DNA from: Dictyostelium discoideum
Taxonomy: Eukaryota
Assembly: GCA_000004695.1 (NCBI GenBank)
Contig: CM000153.2
Span: forward strand, 4,064,001-4,128,000
DNA length: 64,000 bases
Reading direction: 5' to 3'
Positions within the stretch are counted from its first letter, which is position 1; each line of letters starts with the position of its first letter. Of the stretch, positions 13,452-33,890 are shown in pieces. Position numbers and translations under genes: made by a program. The notes beneath the pieces are model-generated. The model saw nothing but the letters and a program-made list of their open reading frames with translations, was not told the DNA's origin and did no database searches.

Positions 13452-13669
13452 AAAATAAAAAAATATTTATAAAAAAAAATAAAACTTTAAAAAAAAAAAT
13501 AAAAAACTAAAAATAAGTGTAAATAATCTCAATCGAATCAAATTAAACAAAAAATAAAATGAAAAAATAAAAATAAAAATAAAAAAATAAAAAATAAAAA
13601 AAGAATTTGGTTTGAATAAATTAAAAAAAAAAAAAAAAATAATTATTTATCTATCTTATTATTGAAGGT

Positions 13670-13760
13670 AGAGAGAGGGGGGTTATAACCCTGCTTGGAA
13701 CTGTGCACAATTAATTCGCCTATCAAAATCCAATCAAGTGAGATATTTTCTTTGATTATT
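13670..13760. other. GC-richer island in an otherwise AT-saturated spacer; candidate small ncRNA or promoter element
   Basis: gaaggtagagagaggggggttataaccctgcttggaactgtgcacaattaattcgcctatcaaaatccaatcaagtgag stands out compositionally. Confidence 0.2.
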
Positions 13761-13949
13761 ATCATAAGCTGTTTGTTTTTTTTTTTTTTTTATATGAGGG
13801 TTTGTTTCAAATTATTTTTATCCAATCCAAATTTTTTCAATTTTTTTATTTTTATTTTTTTTTCAATAAAAATCAAAACAATGTGCGAAATTCTGATTTT
13901 GAAAAATTTTTGATCAATCTTTTTTTTTTTTTTTTTTTTTATTTTATTT

Positions 13950-13983
<34 letters not shown>

Positions 13984-14148
13984 CCTTTTCTTTTTTTTTT
14001 TTTTCTTTTCTTTTTTTTTTTTTAAAAAAGGGGACTATATCTCGGGACCATTAAAAAAAATCAAATTTAAAAAAAAATAAAATCCCATCTTTAAATAAAA
14101 CATTTCAGCCCCTTAAAAAAATTTGTAAATAGAAAGTAAATAAAATTA

Positions 14149-14184
<36 letters not shown>

Positions 14185-14434
14185 ACAAAAAAAAAAAAAA
14201 AAAAAAAAAAAGAAAATCTTGATCATTTTTTTTTTATAATTTTTTTTAATTTTTTTTTTTTTAAATCTCCTTTTTAGGAATTTTAATTAAACCCGGTAAA
14301 TGTCCATTTTATAAACTTGTAAATTATTGGAGTTTTTTTTTTTCCATTATATTTTTTTTTTTTTTTAAAGTTAATTAATTTTTGATACTTACATTTTTAT
14401 AAAATTAATTATAGATATTAAAATTAAATAAATA

Positions 14435-17400
14435 ATGAAATCAAATACCAATATTAGGGTTTTACTCGTGTCTGGTTTAATTTTGATTTTTATATTTTTA
14501 GGAATAAAATTCGAATTTATAAATAAAAATAATAATGATAAAATTGGAATAAATAGAAAATTAGAATTTAGTTATTTTACTAAAAATAATAATAATAATA
14601 ATAATAATAACTTTAAACAAGATCAATTAAAAAATAAAAAAGATAAAAGAATTTTATTAAAAAATGAAATAATTGATACAAACATTAAAAAGAATATTAA
14701 AAAAAATAATCAAAAGAATAATAATGAAGAAATTTTCCCAAATTTTATTTCTAGATTATTAAAATCAAATGATGATATGGAAATCCAACAATTTACATAT
14801 AGAAAGAGTCATTATATAGTTCAATTTAAAGATCATATAAATGATGAAACTAGAGAACAATTTAAGCAATTTTTAATTAATACTGATATTGTGTTAGATG
14901 AACAACCATATCAATCACATATAGTTAATTATATACCACATGATAGTTTCTTAGTATTAATGAATGATGAACAAAGTAATTTATTATCAAGTAAAGAATG
15001 GGTATCTTGGATTGGTGAGTTTGAACCATCAAATAAAATACATTTAAATTATAATGAAAAATCAATTGGATTGCCAGTTTATATTAAATTAAGTGATTCA
15101 ACAAATTCATTAATTCAAAGATGGGAGAATACATTAAATTCAATTTTAACATCATATAATTCAAAAGTTAAATTAACATTAATTAATCAAAAGAAATTAA
15201 AATCAATTGTATATTGTAATGATGAATCATCATCACAATCATCATGTTCATTAGTTAGTTCAGAAAAGTTAGTTTATCAATGGATTTCAGAACAAAGTGA
15301 AAGTAATTATATTGAAAGATCAGAGAAATTTCAAACTGCAAATAGATTATCACCAAAGGCAATTTTCGGTACAAAAGATACATTGGTTAATAATGATAGA
15401 ATTGATATTCCATTGAGAGGTAAAGGTCAGATATTGAGTATTGCCGATACTGGTTTAGATGGTAGCCATTGTTTCTTTTCAGATTCAAATAATCCAATAC
15501 CATATAATAGTGTAAATTTAAATCATAGAAAAGTTGTAACTTATATTGGTTCTCTACATGATAATGAGGATTATGTCGATGGTCACGGTACACATGTTTG
15601 TGGTTCTGCAGCAGGTGCACCAGAGGATTCTTCATTGGCTATTTCATCATTTAGTGGTCTTGCAACTGATGCAAAGATTGCATTCTTTGATTTAGCATCC
15701 GACCCAAGTAATAATGAACCAGTTCCACCAGAAGATTATAGCCAATTATATCAGCCATTATATAATGCAGGTGCAAGAGTACATGGTGATTCTTGGGGTT
15801 CTCTTTCAATACAAGGTTATTTGGGTAGTTATTCCGATGATGCTGGTAGTATTGATGATTTCCTTTACACTCATCCAGATTTCATTATTCTTAGAGCTGC
15901 TGGTAATAATGAACAATATTCATCATTGCTATCACAAGCAACAGCCAAAAATGTAATTACAGTTGGTGCCGAACAAACTACTCACGAAAGTTATACCACT
16001 GATGCATTGGAATATTCAAATTTTGAAACAGTAGCAAAGAGTACATTAAATTCATTATGCCAATCATTTGATGATAAATATTGTACATATACAACTGCTC
16101 AATGTTGTACAGAATATTCAACTGTTAAAGGTTTATCAGGCTGTTGTACATCTTATATTAAAAATTCATACGCTTCAATATTTTCCTCACAACCAGAATT
16201 ATATAATGAGAATAATATTTGTTCATTCTCTTCAAAAGGTCCAACACATGATGGTAGATTGAAACCTGATATAGTTGCCCCTGGTCAATATATTACATCG
16301 GCAAGATCAAATGGTGCAAATACAACCGATCAGTGTGGTGATGGTTCTTTACCAAATACAAATGCACTATTATCAGAATCTGGTACATCAATGGCAACAC
16401 CATTAGCAACAGCAGCAACAACAATTCTTAGACAATATTTAGTTGATGGTTATTATCCAACTGGTTCAATTGTAGAATCAAATAAATTACAACCAACTGG
16501 ATCATTATTAAAAGCATTAATGATTAATAATGCTCAGTTATTAAATGGTACATTCCCATTATCATCAACAAATACAAATCCATCAAATGCAGTATTTGAT
16601 ACATTTGCAGGTGCAAATTTTGTTCAAGGTTGGGGTTCACTTAGAATGAGTGAATGGTTATATGTTGAATCATCAGGTGTTAAACCAAAACCATCAAGAT
16701 GGGTTGGTATTGGTGAATTAGGTAAAGATAAAAAAGCATCAAATTGGAAAGAATATAGTTTATCAACTGGTCAAAATGTTTCATATTGTTTCACATATAA
16801 ACCATCATCATCAGGTAGTAATAGTGGTGGTATACCAAGAATTGTTGCAACATTAGTTTGGACAGATCCACCATCATATTCTGGTGCAAAATTAAATTTA
16901 GTAAATAATTTAGATTTAACAATGACAAATACTGAATCAGAATTTATATTTTATTCAAATTCTGGTGGTTCATCATATAATGGTACAAAAGGTACAACAT
17001 TACCACTACAAGATTCAATTAATAATGTTGAAGGTATAATCTATACACCAATTAATACCAAATCAGAAATTTCTTTTAGATTTATAATTGCAGGTACCAA
17101 TATACCAATTGGACCACAAAATTTCTCATTTGTATTCCATGGTGAAAATGGTGAATTTGATTGGGCTGATAGTTGTATGCAATGTAATCCAGATGATACA
17201 CAACCTTGTTTCATTGAAAATGGTGTTGGTTCTCAAACTTGTGGCGATGATTATTTATGGGGTCGTTGTTTAGTACAATCTTGTAATAACAATTATAATT
17301 ATAATTCAATCTCTGATAAATGTTCAAAATTCTTATCATATAATTATATCGTTATCATTGTTGCAGGTGGTACAATGTCATTGATTATCACTGTATTAAT

Positions 17401-19912
17401 TTTAATTAAATATATGGAATATAAAGAAAATGGTAATAAATTTAGTTTAAAAGAATTTTTTAGTGGAGTTTTAGGTACTGGTAAAAATGTTAGTGGTGGT
17501 GGTAAAGGTGGTAGTGGTGGTAGTGGTAGTGGTAGTGGTACACTTAAAGATGGGACTATTGATGATGGTACAGGTATTCATGTTAGACCAAAACCAAAAG
17601 ATGCACCAGTTACACCACCAGATCTTTACAGTTTATTATCACCATTCATTATAGAGATAACAATTTCAACAGCTTGCTCGTTGGTGGCAACAGCAGCAAG
17701 TATCTTACAACCATATTATATTGGTCAAATTATTCAAGATATTCCAACAACTAAAGGTATTGGTGATTTAAGAGATCAATTTATTATTATATTTTTATTG
17801 GCCTTATTGGAATTTGTTTTCTCAACAATCAGTTCTTGGATCTCTGGTATTGTAAATGAAAAGATGGTAATGAGATTACAAAATAAAGTATTCCGTGCAT
17901 TGATTGCTCAAGATATGGGTTTTTTCCAAAAGAATAGTGCTGCAGTTTTAATGAATGTTTTAATCGTTGATACACCAATGTTAAGATCATCACTCACTGG
18001 TATACTATTATCAGTTTCAGTTGGTATTTGTAAATTTGTTGGTAGTTTGGTATTCATTTTCACAATTTCATGGAAACTTTCATTAGCATTCTTTGCAACC
18101 GTACCCGTATTGGCAATTGTAACACAAGTTCAATCTAAATTCACTAAAAGATTAACACGTAGATTATTATTCCACAATTCAAAAGCATCACAACATGGTC
18201 AAGAATCAATGGTCAATATGCATGTAGTTTCAAATTATTGTAAACAAGATAGAGAGATTGCAAAATATTCAGAGCAATTAATGATGGTTTTCCAAATTTC
18301 AAGAAGATTAATTATTAATAATACCTTTGCAGCTTCAATTAAATGGTTAATGGTTGAATCATTAGCTTTCATTATTCTTTATTTCGGTGCTTATCTTGCA
18401 ATTCAAAAGCAATTCACTGTTGGTCTTTTAGTATCATTCTCTTTATACATTGGTTATGTAATTGATTCTTCAACAACATTATTTGGTGTTTATTCAAGTT
18501 ATGTTCAATGTTTAGCTTCTGCAACTAGAGTATTCTTAATTTTAAGATCTGCACCAAGAAAAAGAACAACTTTAGAGGAAGAAGAACTTGATAATATTAT
18601 TGATACTAATCAAGATAATAATAATAACAATAATAATGATGATATTAGTGATAGTAGTAGTGATGATGATGATGATAATAATAATAATAAAAATAGTAAA
18701 AACAATAAAACTAAAAGTGGTGAATCGGATGATAGCTCAAGTGAAGATGCTGAATATAAAAAGAACAAAAATAAACGTAATAATGGTAAAATGACTACAA
18801 AACTATCAAATTCACCACCATTAGTAGGTGAAGGTATAGATAATAATAATAATAATAATAATGATAATAATATAAATGATGATAATAATCAACAAGATCC
18901 AAATAATAATAATAATGAAATTGATGATGATGGTGATGATGATGGTGATGATGATGATGAAGGTGAAGATGAAAATAATAATAATAATAATAATGATGAT
19001 CCAAATGATAATAATGGAATTGAAATGTTAACAGAAAAACAACTTAGAAAAAGAAAAAGACAAATGAAAAAAGAATTTTATAAGAAAACTGGTATTTCAT
19101 GTTTAGAATTAAATTTAATTCCATCAGCTTATACAGAGTTAACAGAATGTAGAGGTGAAATTGAATTTAAGAATGTATCATTTTGTTATCCATCAAGAGC
19201 AGATGTTGGTGTATTGTATAATATTGATTTGAAATTTGAATCTGGTAAATGCTATGGTTTGGTTGGTCCATCGGGTAGTGGCAAATCAACATTGTTGGAA
19301 TTGATTTCCAGATTCTATAGTCTACATCCATCAGGTGGTAAAATTTACATGGATGGTATTGATATTGCAAAAATCAGACCAAGTAATCTTAGAAGTTTCG
19401 TTACAAACGTTCATCAACATCCTTTCCTATTCGATGCTACAATTAGTGAAAACATTGGTTACGCATTGGATAATCCAACTCAAGAGGATATCATTGAAGC
19501 CGCCAAATTGGCAAATGCTCATGAATTCATTCAATCATTACCAAAACAATATGATACAATGTTAACTGATGGTGGTAATTTATCAGGTGGTCAAAAGAAA
19601 AGAATTGCAGTAGCTCGTGCAATTTGTGCAAAGAGAAAGATTATGTTATTGGATGAAATCACTGCTGAATTAGATCCAGAATCTGAAGAAGCTATCAATA
19701 AAAGTATTAAAGTTTTAACTCGAGGTCATACCGTTGTAATGGTAGCTCATAAAGTTGCTGCTGTCCGTGATTGTGATAAAATCTTTGTTTTAGATAAAGG
19801 TCAAATCGTTGAACAAGGTACTCATAATCAATTAATGGCTAAAAAAGGAAAATATTATAGAATGTTTGCTTTTTCTGAAGATGATGATTATGCTCCATTA
19901 TTAGTTTTATAA
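14435..19912 (+). CDS. tagD: Subtilisin-like serine protease fused to an ABC-B half transporter (Dictyostelium tag family), copy 1 (1825 aa)
   Basis: Signal/TM N-terminus, an I9-like propeptide, an S8 catalytic triad ([28 protein letters not shown]), a Cys-rich region, a single TM, a six-helix ABC exporter TMD, and an NBD (Walker [10 protein letters not shown], signature [10 protein letters not shown], Walker [12 protein letters not shown]-loop MVAHK). The symbol is assigned from my recollection that tagD is 1825 aa. Confidence 0.9.
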   Translation: MKSNTNIRVLLVSGLILIFIFLGIKFEFINKNNNDKIGINRKLEFSYFTKNNNNNNNNNFKQDQLKNKKDKRILLKNEIIDTNIKKNIKKNNQKNNNEEIFPNFISRLLKSNDDMEIQQFTYRKSHYIVQFKDHINDETREQFKQFLINTDIVLDEQPYQSHIVNYIPHDSFLVLMNDEQSNLLSSKEWVSWIGEFEPSNKIHLNYNEKSIGLPVYIKLSDSTNSLIQRWENTLNSILTSYNSKVKLTLINQKKLKSIVYCNDESSSQSSCSLVSSEKLVYQWISEQSESNYIERSEKFQTANRLSPKAIFGTKDTLVNNDRIDIPLRGKGQILSIADTGLDGSHCFFSDSNNPIPYNSVNLNHRKVVTYIGSLHDNEDYVDGHGTHVCGSAAGAPEDSSLAISSFSGLATDAKIAFFDLASDPSNNEPVPPEDYSQLYQPLYNAGARVHGDSWGSLSIQGYLGSYSDDAGSIDDFLYTHPDFIILRAAGNNEQYSSLLSQATAKNVITVGAEQTTHESYTTDALEYSNFETVAKSTLNSLCQSFDDKYCTYTTAQCCTEYSTVKGLSGCCTSYIKNSYASIFSSQPELYNENNICSFSSKGPTHDGRLKPDIVAPGQYITSARSNGANTTDQCGDGSLPNTNALLSESGTSMATPLATAATTILRQYLVDGYYPTGSIVESNKLQPTGSLLKALMINNAQLLNGTFPLSSTNTNPSNAVFDTFAGANFVQGWGSLRMSEWLYVESSGVKPKPSRWVGIGELGKDKKASNWKEYSLSTGQNVSYCFTYKPSSSGSNSGGIPRIVATLVWTDPPSYSGAKLNLVNNLDLTMTNTESEFIFYSNSGGSSYNGTKGTTLPLQDSINNVEGIIYTPINTKSEISFRFIIAGTNIPIGPQNFSFVFHGENGEFDWADSCMQCNPDDTQPCFIENGVGSQTCGDDYLWGRCLVQSCNNNYNYNSISDKCSKFLSYNYIVIIVAGGTMSLIITVLILIKYMEYKENGNKFSLKEFFSGVLGTGKNVSGGGKGGSGGSGSGSGTLKDGTIDDGTGIHVRPKPKDAPVTPPDLYSLLSPFIIEITISTACSLVATAASILQPYYIGQIIQDIPTTKGIGDLRDQFIIIFLLALLEFVFSTISSWISGIVNEKMVMRLQNKVFRALIAQDMGFFQKNSAAVLMNVLIVDTPMLRSSLTGILLSVSVGICKFVGSLVFIFTISWKLSLAFFATVPVLAIVTQVQSKFTKRLTRRLLFHNSKASQHGQESMVNMHVVSNYCKQDREIAKYSEQLMMVFQISRRLIINNTFAASIKWLMVESLAFIILYFGAYLAIQKQFTVGLLVSFSLYIGYVIDSSTTLFGVYSSYVQCLASATRVFLILRSAPRKRTTLEEEELDNIIDTNQDNNNNNNNDDISDSSSDDDDDNNNNKNSKNNKTKSGESDDSSSEDAEYKKNKNKRNNGKMTTKLSNSPPLVGEGIDNNNNNNNDNNINDDNNQQDPNNNNNEIDDDGDDDGDDDDEGEDENNNNNNNDDPNDNNGIEMLTEKQLRKRKRQMKKEFYKKTGISCLELNLIPSAYTELTECRGEIEFKNVSFCYPSRADVGVLYNIDLKFESGKCYGLVGPSGSGKSTLLELISRFYSLHPSGGKIYMDGIDIAKIRPSNLRSFVTNVHQHPFLFDATISENIGYALDNPTQEDIIEAAKLANAHEFIQSLPKQYDTMLTDGGNLSGGQKKRIAVARAICAKRKIMLLDEITAELDPESEEAINKSIKVLTRGHTVVMVAHKVAAVRDCDKIFVLDKGQIVEQGTHNQLMAKKGKYYRMFAFSEDDDYAPLLVL

Positions 19913-19940
19913 AAAAAATTTGATCATTTATTTTAAAAAA

Positions 19941-19981
<41 letters not shown>

Positions 19982-20087
19982 ATGAATCTTTTTGATCGAT
20001 TAATTTTTTATAAATCTAGTTTCCAATAAATCTCAAATAGTTAAAAAATAAAAATAAAAAAAAGTTATTTAATTGATTTTTTTTTTT

Positions 20088-20240
20088 TTATAATTAAAGT
20101 CAATCTCAGGTTTTTGGAATTTTTTTTTTTTTTTAGAAATTAAAGTCAATTTCAGGTTTTTGGAAAATATTTTTTTTTTTTATAACAAAAAAAGGTTTCC
20201 AATTTCAACCCATTTTGGAAAATTACACCCTTTTTTTATT
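20088..20240. promoter_or_regulatory. Direct repeat 'attaaagtcaat[c/t]tcaggtttttggaa' (two copies) plus 'ggtttccaatttcaacccattttggaaaatt' in the copy1-copy2 spacer
   Basis: Seen directly; a related TTGGAAAATT/TTCCAAT motif recurs at 26600-26650 in the copy2-copy3 spacer. Confidence 0.3.
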
Positions 20241-20417
20241 GGATAAAAATGGATAAAAATTATAATTTTTTTTTTTTTTTACTTATTAATATGCTTATGT
20301 GGTTATAAATGATAATTGTTTGAAAGGGTGGGTTTTTTTTTTTTTTTTTTTTTTTTATTCAAAATTAAAAAAAAAACACCCCTTGTGTGTATATATATAT
20401 TGGGCGATGTGGCAGTG

Positions 20418-20448
<31 letters not shown>

Positions 20449-21056
20449 ATTTTTTTAAAAAAAAAAAAAAAATAAATTAAAAAAGAAAAAAATAGATTGA
20501 AATAATTCAAAACAACAAAAACACCTTCAAAAATTGTTATTATGTATCACATCGAATCTATCTAATTTTTTAATAATTCACCTAACAGACTCATGTGTTG
20601 TGTACAATTTTATATAATTGTTAAAATTGTCTTTTTATAATTAAATTTTAAGTGTTTTATAAATTAAAATTTAATTTTTTTTTTATTTTTTAATATTTCT
20701 TATTTTTAATCTTGTATCTATTAATTAAATAAAAAAATAAATAAATAAAAAAAAAATAAAAATAAAAAAAAACAACAAACAATTATTTTTTTTTTTTTTT
20801 TTTTTTAACCAACACATACAATAATAATTTCTTTTATTAAAAGATACAATTGACAAAATATAATTTCATAAGGTAATAGGATAAATTTTATTTATAATTT
20901 TAAAATATAAATATTTACTAATTTTATTATTTCATTTTTTTTATTTTTTTTTTTTTTTTTTTAGCTTAAACATTATTTATTACTATTATTACTTTTTTTT
21001 TTTTTAACAAAAAAAAAAAAAAAAAAAAAAAAAACCAAAAAAAAAAAAAAAAAAAA

Positions 21057-21333
21057 ATGAAATTTCATTTTTCATCTAACAAATTATTGTTGATATCAGG
21101 TTTAATTTTATTAGTATTGGTAATAGGCATAAAGTTAGATATATTTTTAAGTAGTAAAAGTACCGAATATATAAAATTCAATAATAATAATAATCATTTT
21201 AAAAGAGATAAAAGAATTTTATTACATAATGAAATAATTGATACAAATAATAAGCCATCAATTAAAAATAATCAAATATTTATTAATGATAATGATAATA
21301 ATGAAAATATATCACCAATTTTATTAAGAATAT

Positions 21334-21366
<33 letters not shown>

Positions 21367-24300
21367 GTGATGATAAATCAATTTATAAAAAGAATCATTA
21401 TATAGTTCAATTTAAAGATCGTATAAATGATGAAACTAGAGAACAATTGAAGGAATTTTTAATTGGTACTGATATTGTATTGGATGAGCAACCATATCAA
21501 TCACATATAGTTCACTATATACCACATGATAGTTTCTTAGTATTAATGACTCAAGAACAAAGTGTATTATTATCAAGTAAAGAATGGGTATCTTGGATTG
21601 GTGAATTTGAACCATCAAATAAAATACATTTAAATTATAATGAAAAATCAATTGGATTACCAGTTTATATTATATTAAGTGATTCAACAAATTCATTAAT
21701 TCAAAGATGGGAGAATACATTAAATTCAATTTTAAAATCATATAATTCAAAAGTTAAATTAACATTAATTAATCAAAAGAAATTAAAGTCAATTGTATAT
21801 TGTAATGATGAATCACCATCACCGTCATGTTCGTTAATTAATTCAGAAAAGTTAGTTTACCAATGGATTTCAGAACAAAGTGAAAGTAATTTCATTGAAA
21901 GATCAGAGAAATTTCAAACTGCAAATAGATTATCACCAAAGGTAGTTTTCGGTACAAAAGATACATTGGTTAATAATGATAGGGTTGATATTCCATTGAG
22001 AGGTAAAGGTCAGATATTGAGTATTGCTGATACTGGTTTAGATGGTAGCCATTGTTTCTTTTCAGATTCAAAGTATCCAATACCATTGAATAGTGTAAAT
22101 TTAAATCATAGAAAAGTTGTAACTTATATTACCACATCAACAAGCGACGATAGTGATAAAGTGGATGGTCACGGTACACATATTTGTGGTTCTGCAGCAG
22201 GTACTCCAGAGGATTCTTCAGTTAATATTTCATCATTTAGTGGTCTTGCAACTGATGCAAAGATTGCATTCTTTGATTTGGCAAGTGGTTCATCAAGTTT
22301 GACACCTCCATCGGATTTGAAACAATTATATCAACCATTATATGACGCAGGTGCAAGAGTGCATTGTGATTCTTGGGGTTCTGTATCAGTAGAGGGGTAT
22401 ACAGGTAGTTATTCATCAGACACTGCTTCAATTGATGATTTCCTTTTCACTCATCCAGATTTCATCATTCTTAGAGCTGCTGGTAACAACGAGCAATACC
22501 TATCACTACTCACTCAATCCACTGCAAAGAATGTTATTACCGTTGGTGCTCATCAAACAATTCATGAAAATTATTTAACTGATGGTCCAAATTATATAAA
22601 TTATCAATCATCTGTCGATATAAATCAAGAGTTAATATGTGATTTCGATAGCAGATATTGCAATTACACAACTGCCCAATGTTGCTTAGAATCAAACGCA
22701 ACCACTGGTTTAGCAAGTTGTTGTCCTACTTTACTTAGAAAAAGTGTAATTGACGCTGCAAATACTCAACCATTATTATACAATGAGAATAATATTTGTT
22801 CATTCTCATCAAAAGGTCCAACACATGATGGTAGAATGAAACCTGATTTAGTTGCCCCTGGTGAATATATTACATCGGCAAGATCAAATGGTGCCAATAC
22901 AACAGACCAATGTGGTGATGGCTCTTTACCAAATACAAATGCATTATTGGCGATATCTGGTACATCAATGGCAACCTCATTTGCAGCAGCAGCAACAACA
23001 ATTCTTAGACAATATTTAGTTGATGGTTATTATCCAACTGGTTCAATTGTAGAATCAAATAAATTACAACCAACTGGATCATTATTAAAAGCATTAATGA
23101 TTAATAATGCTCAGTTATTAAATGGTACATTTCAATTGATTACATCATCAAGTATTACATATCCATCAAACCAAGTTTTTGAAAATTTTGCAGGTGCAAG
23201 TTTAGTTCAAGGTTGGGGTGCTATTAGAATGAGTAATTGGTTACATGTTGTCAATAATAATAATAGTAATAATAATAATAAAACATCAGATGGTATAACT
23301 AAATTTGTTGGTATTGGTGGATTAGATTTAAGATTAGTGAAACCAAATCAATGGAAAGAAGAAAGTTTATCAACTGGTCAAAATACATCATATTGTTTCA
23401 CATATAAACCATCATCATCAAGTAGTAATAGTGGTAATAATATACCAAGAGTTGTTGCAACATTAGTTTGGACAGATCCACCATCATATGCAGGTGCAAA
23501 ATTTAATTTAGTAAATAATTTAGATTTAACAATGATTTATTATCGTGATAATGGTTCAACTATATTTTATTCTAATCAAGGTGGTTCATCATTTTTAGGA
23601 TTAGCACCAACTCAAGATACATTGAATAATGTTGAAGGTATAGTTCATAATCCAACGGAACCAATGACTTATAGATTCATGGTAGCGGGTACAAACGTAC
23701 CAATGGGACCACAGAATTTCTCATTCGTATTTCATGGTGAAAATGGTGAGTTTGAATGGGCTGATAAATGTCCACAATGCAGTCCAGGTCAAGTATTAGC
23801 ATGTCCAGTTGAAAATGGTATTGGTACTCAACTTTGTACAAGTGATTTACAATGGTCAAGTTGTTTAATTCAGTCATGTGATAATAATTATAATTATAAT
23901 TCAATTAAAAAAAGATGTGATAAATTCTTATCATACAACTATATCATTATGATTGTTGCAGGTGGTACAATGCTATTGATTATCTTTATTTTGTTACTCA
24001 TTAAATATCAAGAATATAAAGAGAGTAAAAAAGATAGTTTCCGTAGATTCGACGATGGTACAGGTATTTTCGTTAGACCAAAGGATAAAGACGCAAAAGT
24101 TTCATTGGCTGACCTTTATAATTTAATTTCACCATTCATTATTGAATTGGCGATTTCAACAGCATGTTCATTGGTTTCAACAGCAGCAAGTATCCTACAG
24201 CCATTCTATATTGGTCAAATTATTAATGATATACCAACTGCAAAACATATTGGTGATTTCAAGAGTCAATTCATTTTAATCTTCATATTGGCAGTTATAG

Positions 24301-26282
24301 AATTTGTTTTCTCAACAATCAGTTCATGGATATCTGGTATTGTAAATGAAAAGATGGTAATGAGATTACAAAATAAAGTATTCCGTGCATTGATTGCTCA
24401 AGATATGGGTTTTTTCCAAAAGAATAATGCTGCAATTTTAATGAATGTTTTAATTTCTGATACTCCAATGTTAAGATCGGCACTCACTGGTATATTATTA
24501 TCAATTGCAACTGGTTTATGTAAATTTGTTGGTAGTTTAGTATTCATTTTCACAATTTCATGGAAACTTTCATTGGTATTCTTTGCAACCGTACCAGTAT
24601 TGGCATTTATCACTCAAATCCAATCACAATTCACTAAAAGATTAACTAGAGCATTATTATTCTACAATTCAAAAGCATCACAACATGGTCAAGAATCAAT
24701 GGTTAATATGCATGTAGTTACTAATTATTGTAGACAAGATAAAGAAATCATTAAATATACTGATAATTTAAATAATGTTTTCCAAACCGCTAGAAGATTA
24801 ATCATTAATAATACTTTGGCCTCTTCAATTAAATGGTTAATGGTTGAATCATTGGCTTTCATTATTCTTTACTATGGTGCTTATCTTGCAATTCAAAAGC
24901 AATTCACTGTTGGTCTTTTAATTTCTTTCTGTTTATACATTGGTTATGTTATTGATTCAACAACAACATTATTTGGTGTTTATGTAAGTTATGTTCAATC
25001 TCAAGCTTCTGCAACTAGAGTTTTCATGATTTTAAGATCTGCACCAAGAAAAAGAACAACTTTAGAAGAAGAAGAAGCTGATAGAAATAATGGTTTAGGT
25101 GGTGGTGGTGGTAATAATAATAACAATGACGATGATGATGATGATGATAATTATAATGGTAAAGGTAATGATAATGGTAAAGGTAGTGATGATCCAAATA
25201 ATAATAATAATAATACAACATTAGAAAATATTGATGATAATGGTGAATTAACAACAGTGCAACCAGTTGAATTAACAAAAAAACAATTAAAGAAACAAAA
25301 AGAAAAAGAACAAAAAGAATATTTCAAGAGAACTGGTATTTCAGTTGTTGAAATGTCATTAATTCCATCAAGTTATATTGAATTAACAGATTGTAAAGGT
25401 GAAATTGAATTTAAGAATGTATCATTCCGTTATCCAACTAGACCAGATGTACAAGTTTTACATAATATCAATATGAAATTTGAAACTGGTAAATGTTATG
25501 GTTTGGTTGGTCCTTCAGGTAGTGGTAAATCAACATTGTTGGAATTGATTTCAAAATTCTATCCACTTCGTGATGGTGGAAATATCATAATGGATGATAT
25601 TGATATTGCAAATATTAGACCAAACAATCTTAGAGGTTTCGTTACATGTGTTCATCAAAATCCTTACTTATTCGATGCTTCAATTAAAGATAACATTGGC
25701 TACGCATTGGATAATCCAACTATTGAAGAGGTTATTGAAGCTGCCAAATTGGCATATGCTCACGAATTCATTAAAGATTTACCACAACAATATGATACCG
25801 TCTTAGGTTCAGCTGGTAGTTTGTTATCAGGTGGTCAAAAGAAAAGAATTGCAATTGCTCGTGCAATTTGTGCAAAGAGAAAGATTATGTTATTGGATGA
25901 AATCACTGCTGAATTAGATCCAGAATCCGAAGAAGCCATTACTCAAAGTATTAAAGTTTTAACTCAAGGTCATACCGTTGTAATGGTAGCTCATAAAGTT
26001 GCTGCTGTCCGTGATTGTGATAAAATCTTTGTTTTAGATAAAGGTTATTTAGTTGAAGAGGGTACTCATGATGAACTCATGGAAAGAAAAGGAAAATATC
26101 ATAGAATGTTTAATAATGAAAAAGATGAGGAAGAATTATTAAATAATTTAGGTTTACCATCTAATAATGAAACTAATAATGAAAATAATAATGAAAATAA
26201 TAATAATAATAACAATAATAATAATAATAATAATAATAATAACGATGATAATAATAATCAAGTTGTTGGGGAACAAGTTTAA
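21057..26282 (+). CDS. tagC: Subtilisin-like serine protease / ABC-B half transporter fusion, copy 2 (1741 aa)
   Basis: Same architecture as copy 1 with a shorter linker; the catalytic Ser motif reads [12 protein letters not shown]; symbol assigned by length (tagC 1741 aa). Confidence 0.9.
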
Positions 26283-26295
26283 AAATTAATTGAGG

Positions 26296-26345
<50 letters not shown>

Positions 26346-26816
26346 AAAATAAAATGTATAAATAAATTTAAAACTTTTTTTTAAGAATTGAGTTTCATTT
26401 TTTTTTTAAAGTTTGAGTTCATTTATTTAATTATTTTATTATTTTTTTTTTTCCTTGAATCATTGAAGATTTTAATATTTTTAAAAATAATGAAAATTAA
26501 TATTTTTTAAATGAAGTAATAATTATAAATTAATTAGATTGAAAGACGTTTTTATCAGTTTTTTTTTGACGAATAATATTACCTAATTATCTTGGAAAAA
26601 TAAGATTAGTTTCCGGAAAATTGGAAAATTAAAAAAATAAAAAATTCCAATACAACCCCCATAATTAATAGACATTGTATTAGTATTTTATTTGTGTAAG
26701 TTACATACAAATTTGATATTGAGTGGTTATATAAATGTTATATCTGTTAACTTTTTCTTTTTTTTTTTTTTTTTATTTTCTTTTTTTTAATTGTCTTTAA
26801 ACTGGGGGAGGGTTGC

Positions 26817-26867
<51 letters not shown>

Positions 26868-27118
26868 ATTAATAGAGTGGTGTTTTGTTTTGTTTTAGTT
26901 GATCACATCTCAAAAATTTTATTTAAATAAAAATAAAAAAAAAAACAAAAATAAAAATAAAAAAAACAAAAACAAAAATTAATAAAAAAAAAAAAAAAAA
27001 AAACACTAAAAAACAAACCTTTTTTATAAAAGTATTAAAAAAAAATTATATAATTATTTTATTTCATTATCTGTAACAAGTAATTTTATCTATCTATTTT
27101 TAAAAAATTGAAATAAAT

Positions 27119-27149
<31 letters not shown>

Positions 27150-27334
27150 GAATAAAATAAAATAAAAGGTAAAGTAGATAGAAAAATATCAACTCATAAA
27201 ATATTTTGTTTTTATTTATTGAATTTAGTATTAATAAAATTATTTTTCATTTTAATTATTTTATTTAATATTAATTTAAAAAAAAATAAAAAAAAATAAA
27301 AAAATAATAAAAAAAAAAAAAAATAAAATAAAAA

Positions 27335-27367
<33 letters not shown>

Positions 27368-27462
27368 GATATTTTAATAAAAGCTGTTTAAAAATAATTA
27401 ATAATAATAATAATAACAATAATTAAAATATTAAAAAATAAAAAAAATAAAAAAATAAAAAA

Positions 27463-33183
<5,721 letters not shown>

Positions 33184-33397
33184 AATGATAAAAATAAATA
33201 AACTTTTGTTTTAAATAAAATAACAAAGAATTTATGCTACTTTTTTTTTTTTTTTTTTATATGTTGCAATTTTATAAGTCTTTGTTTTTTTATTATTACT
33301 ATTAATTTTATTTTTATTTTTTATTTTTTTATTTTTTATATATGTTTCACTCGTTATTTGATTAACATATTAATATATATCACGGTATCCAAATGTT

Positions 33398-33817
33398 TAT
33401 TCTCTGAAAGATCTTCTTAAATCGTTTTCTCTCTCAACTTGTTCAGTGTATTTTTCAATCATTTCTGTGAATTCAAAATCTTTTTGGTTATCTGACCATT
33501 CAGATTCTATTTAATTTAATGTGTTAATCAATCATTTCTTTTATATATATATATATAAAAAAAATTATAATAATAATAATAAGAAAATAATAAAAAATAA
33601 AATAAAGATACCATACCTGGTAAAAGTTGTTTCTTTAAACTTAAATCGATAGCAACTCTTAATCTTCTGTCTCTTTGAACGAGAACATCAAATGGTAATC
33701 TTCTGTAAACTTCTTGGTTGGCTTCAGTGTTATTGTAGAGATCAGCAAAATATAAACCTATAAATTTTAATTTTAATATTAATATTAATATTAATATTAA
33801 TATTAATATTAATATTA

Positions 33818-33890
<73 letters not shown>

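Noticed and set aside
15387-16262. Internal alternative-frame or antisense ORFs inside the tag genes (for example 15387-15635, 15714-15956, 16068-16262, 21436-21651, 22237-22431, 23677-23904, 28751-29419, 29883-30212, 31548-31843, 32180-32470)
   Set aside because: Each is fully nested in a much longer, domain-rich ORF in another frame; their compositions are Tyr/His/Leu-rich junk
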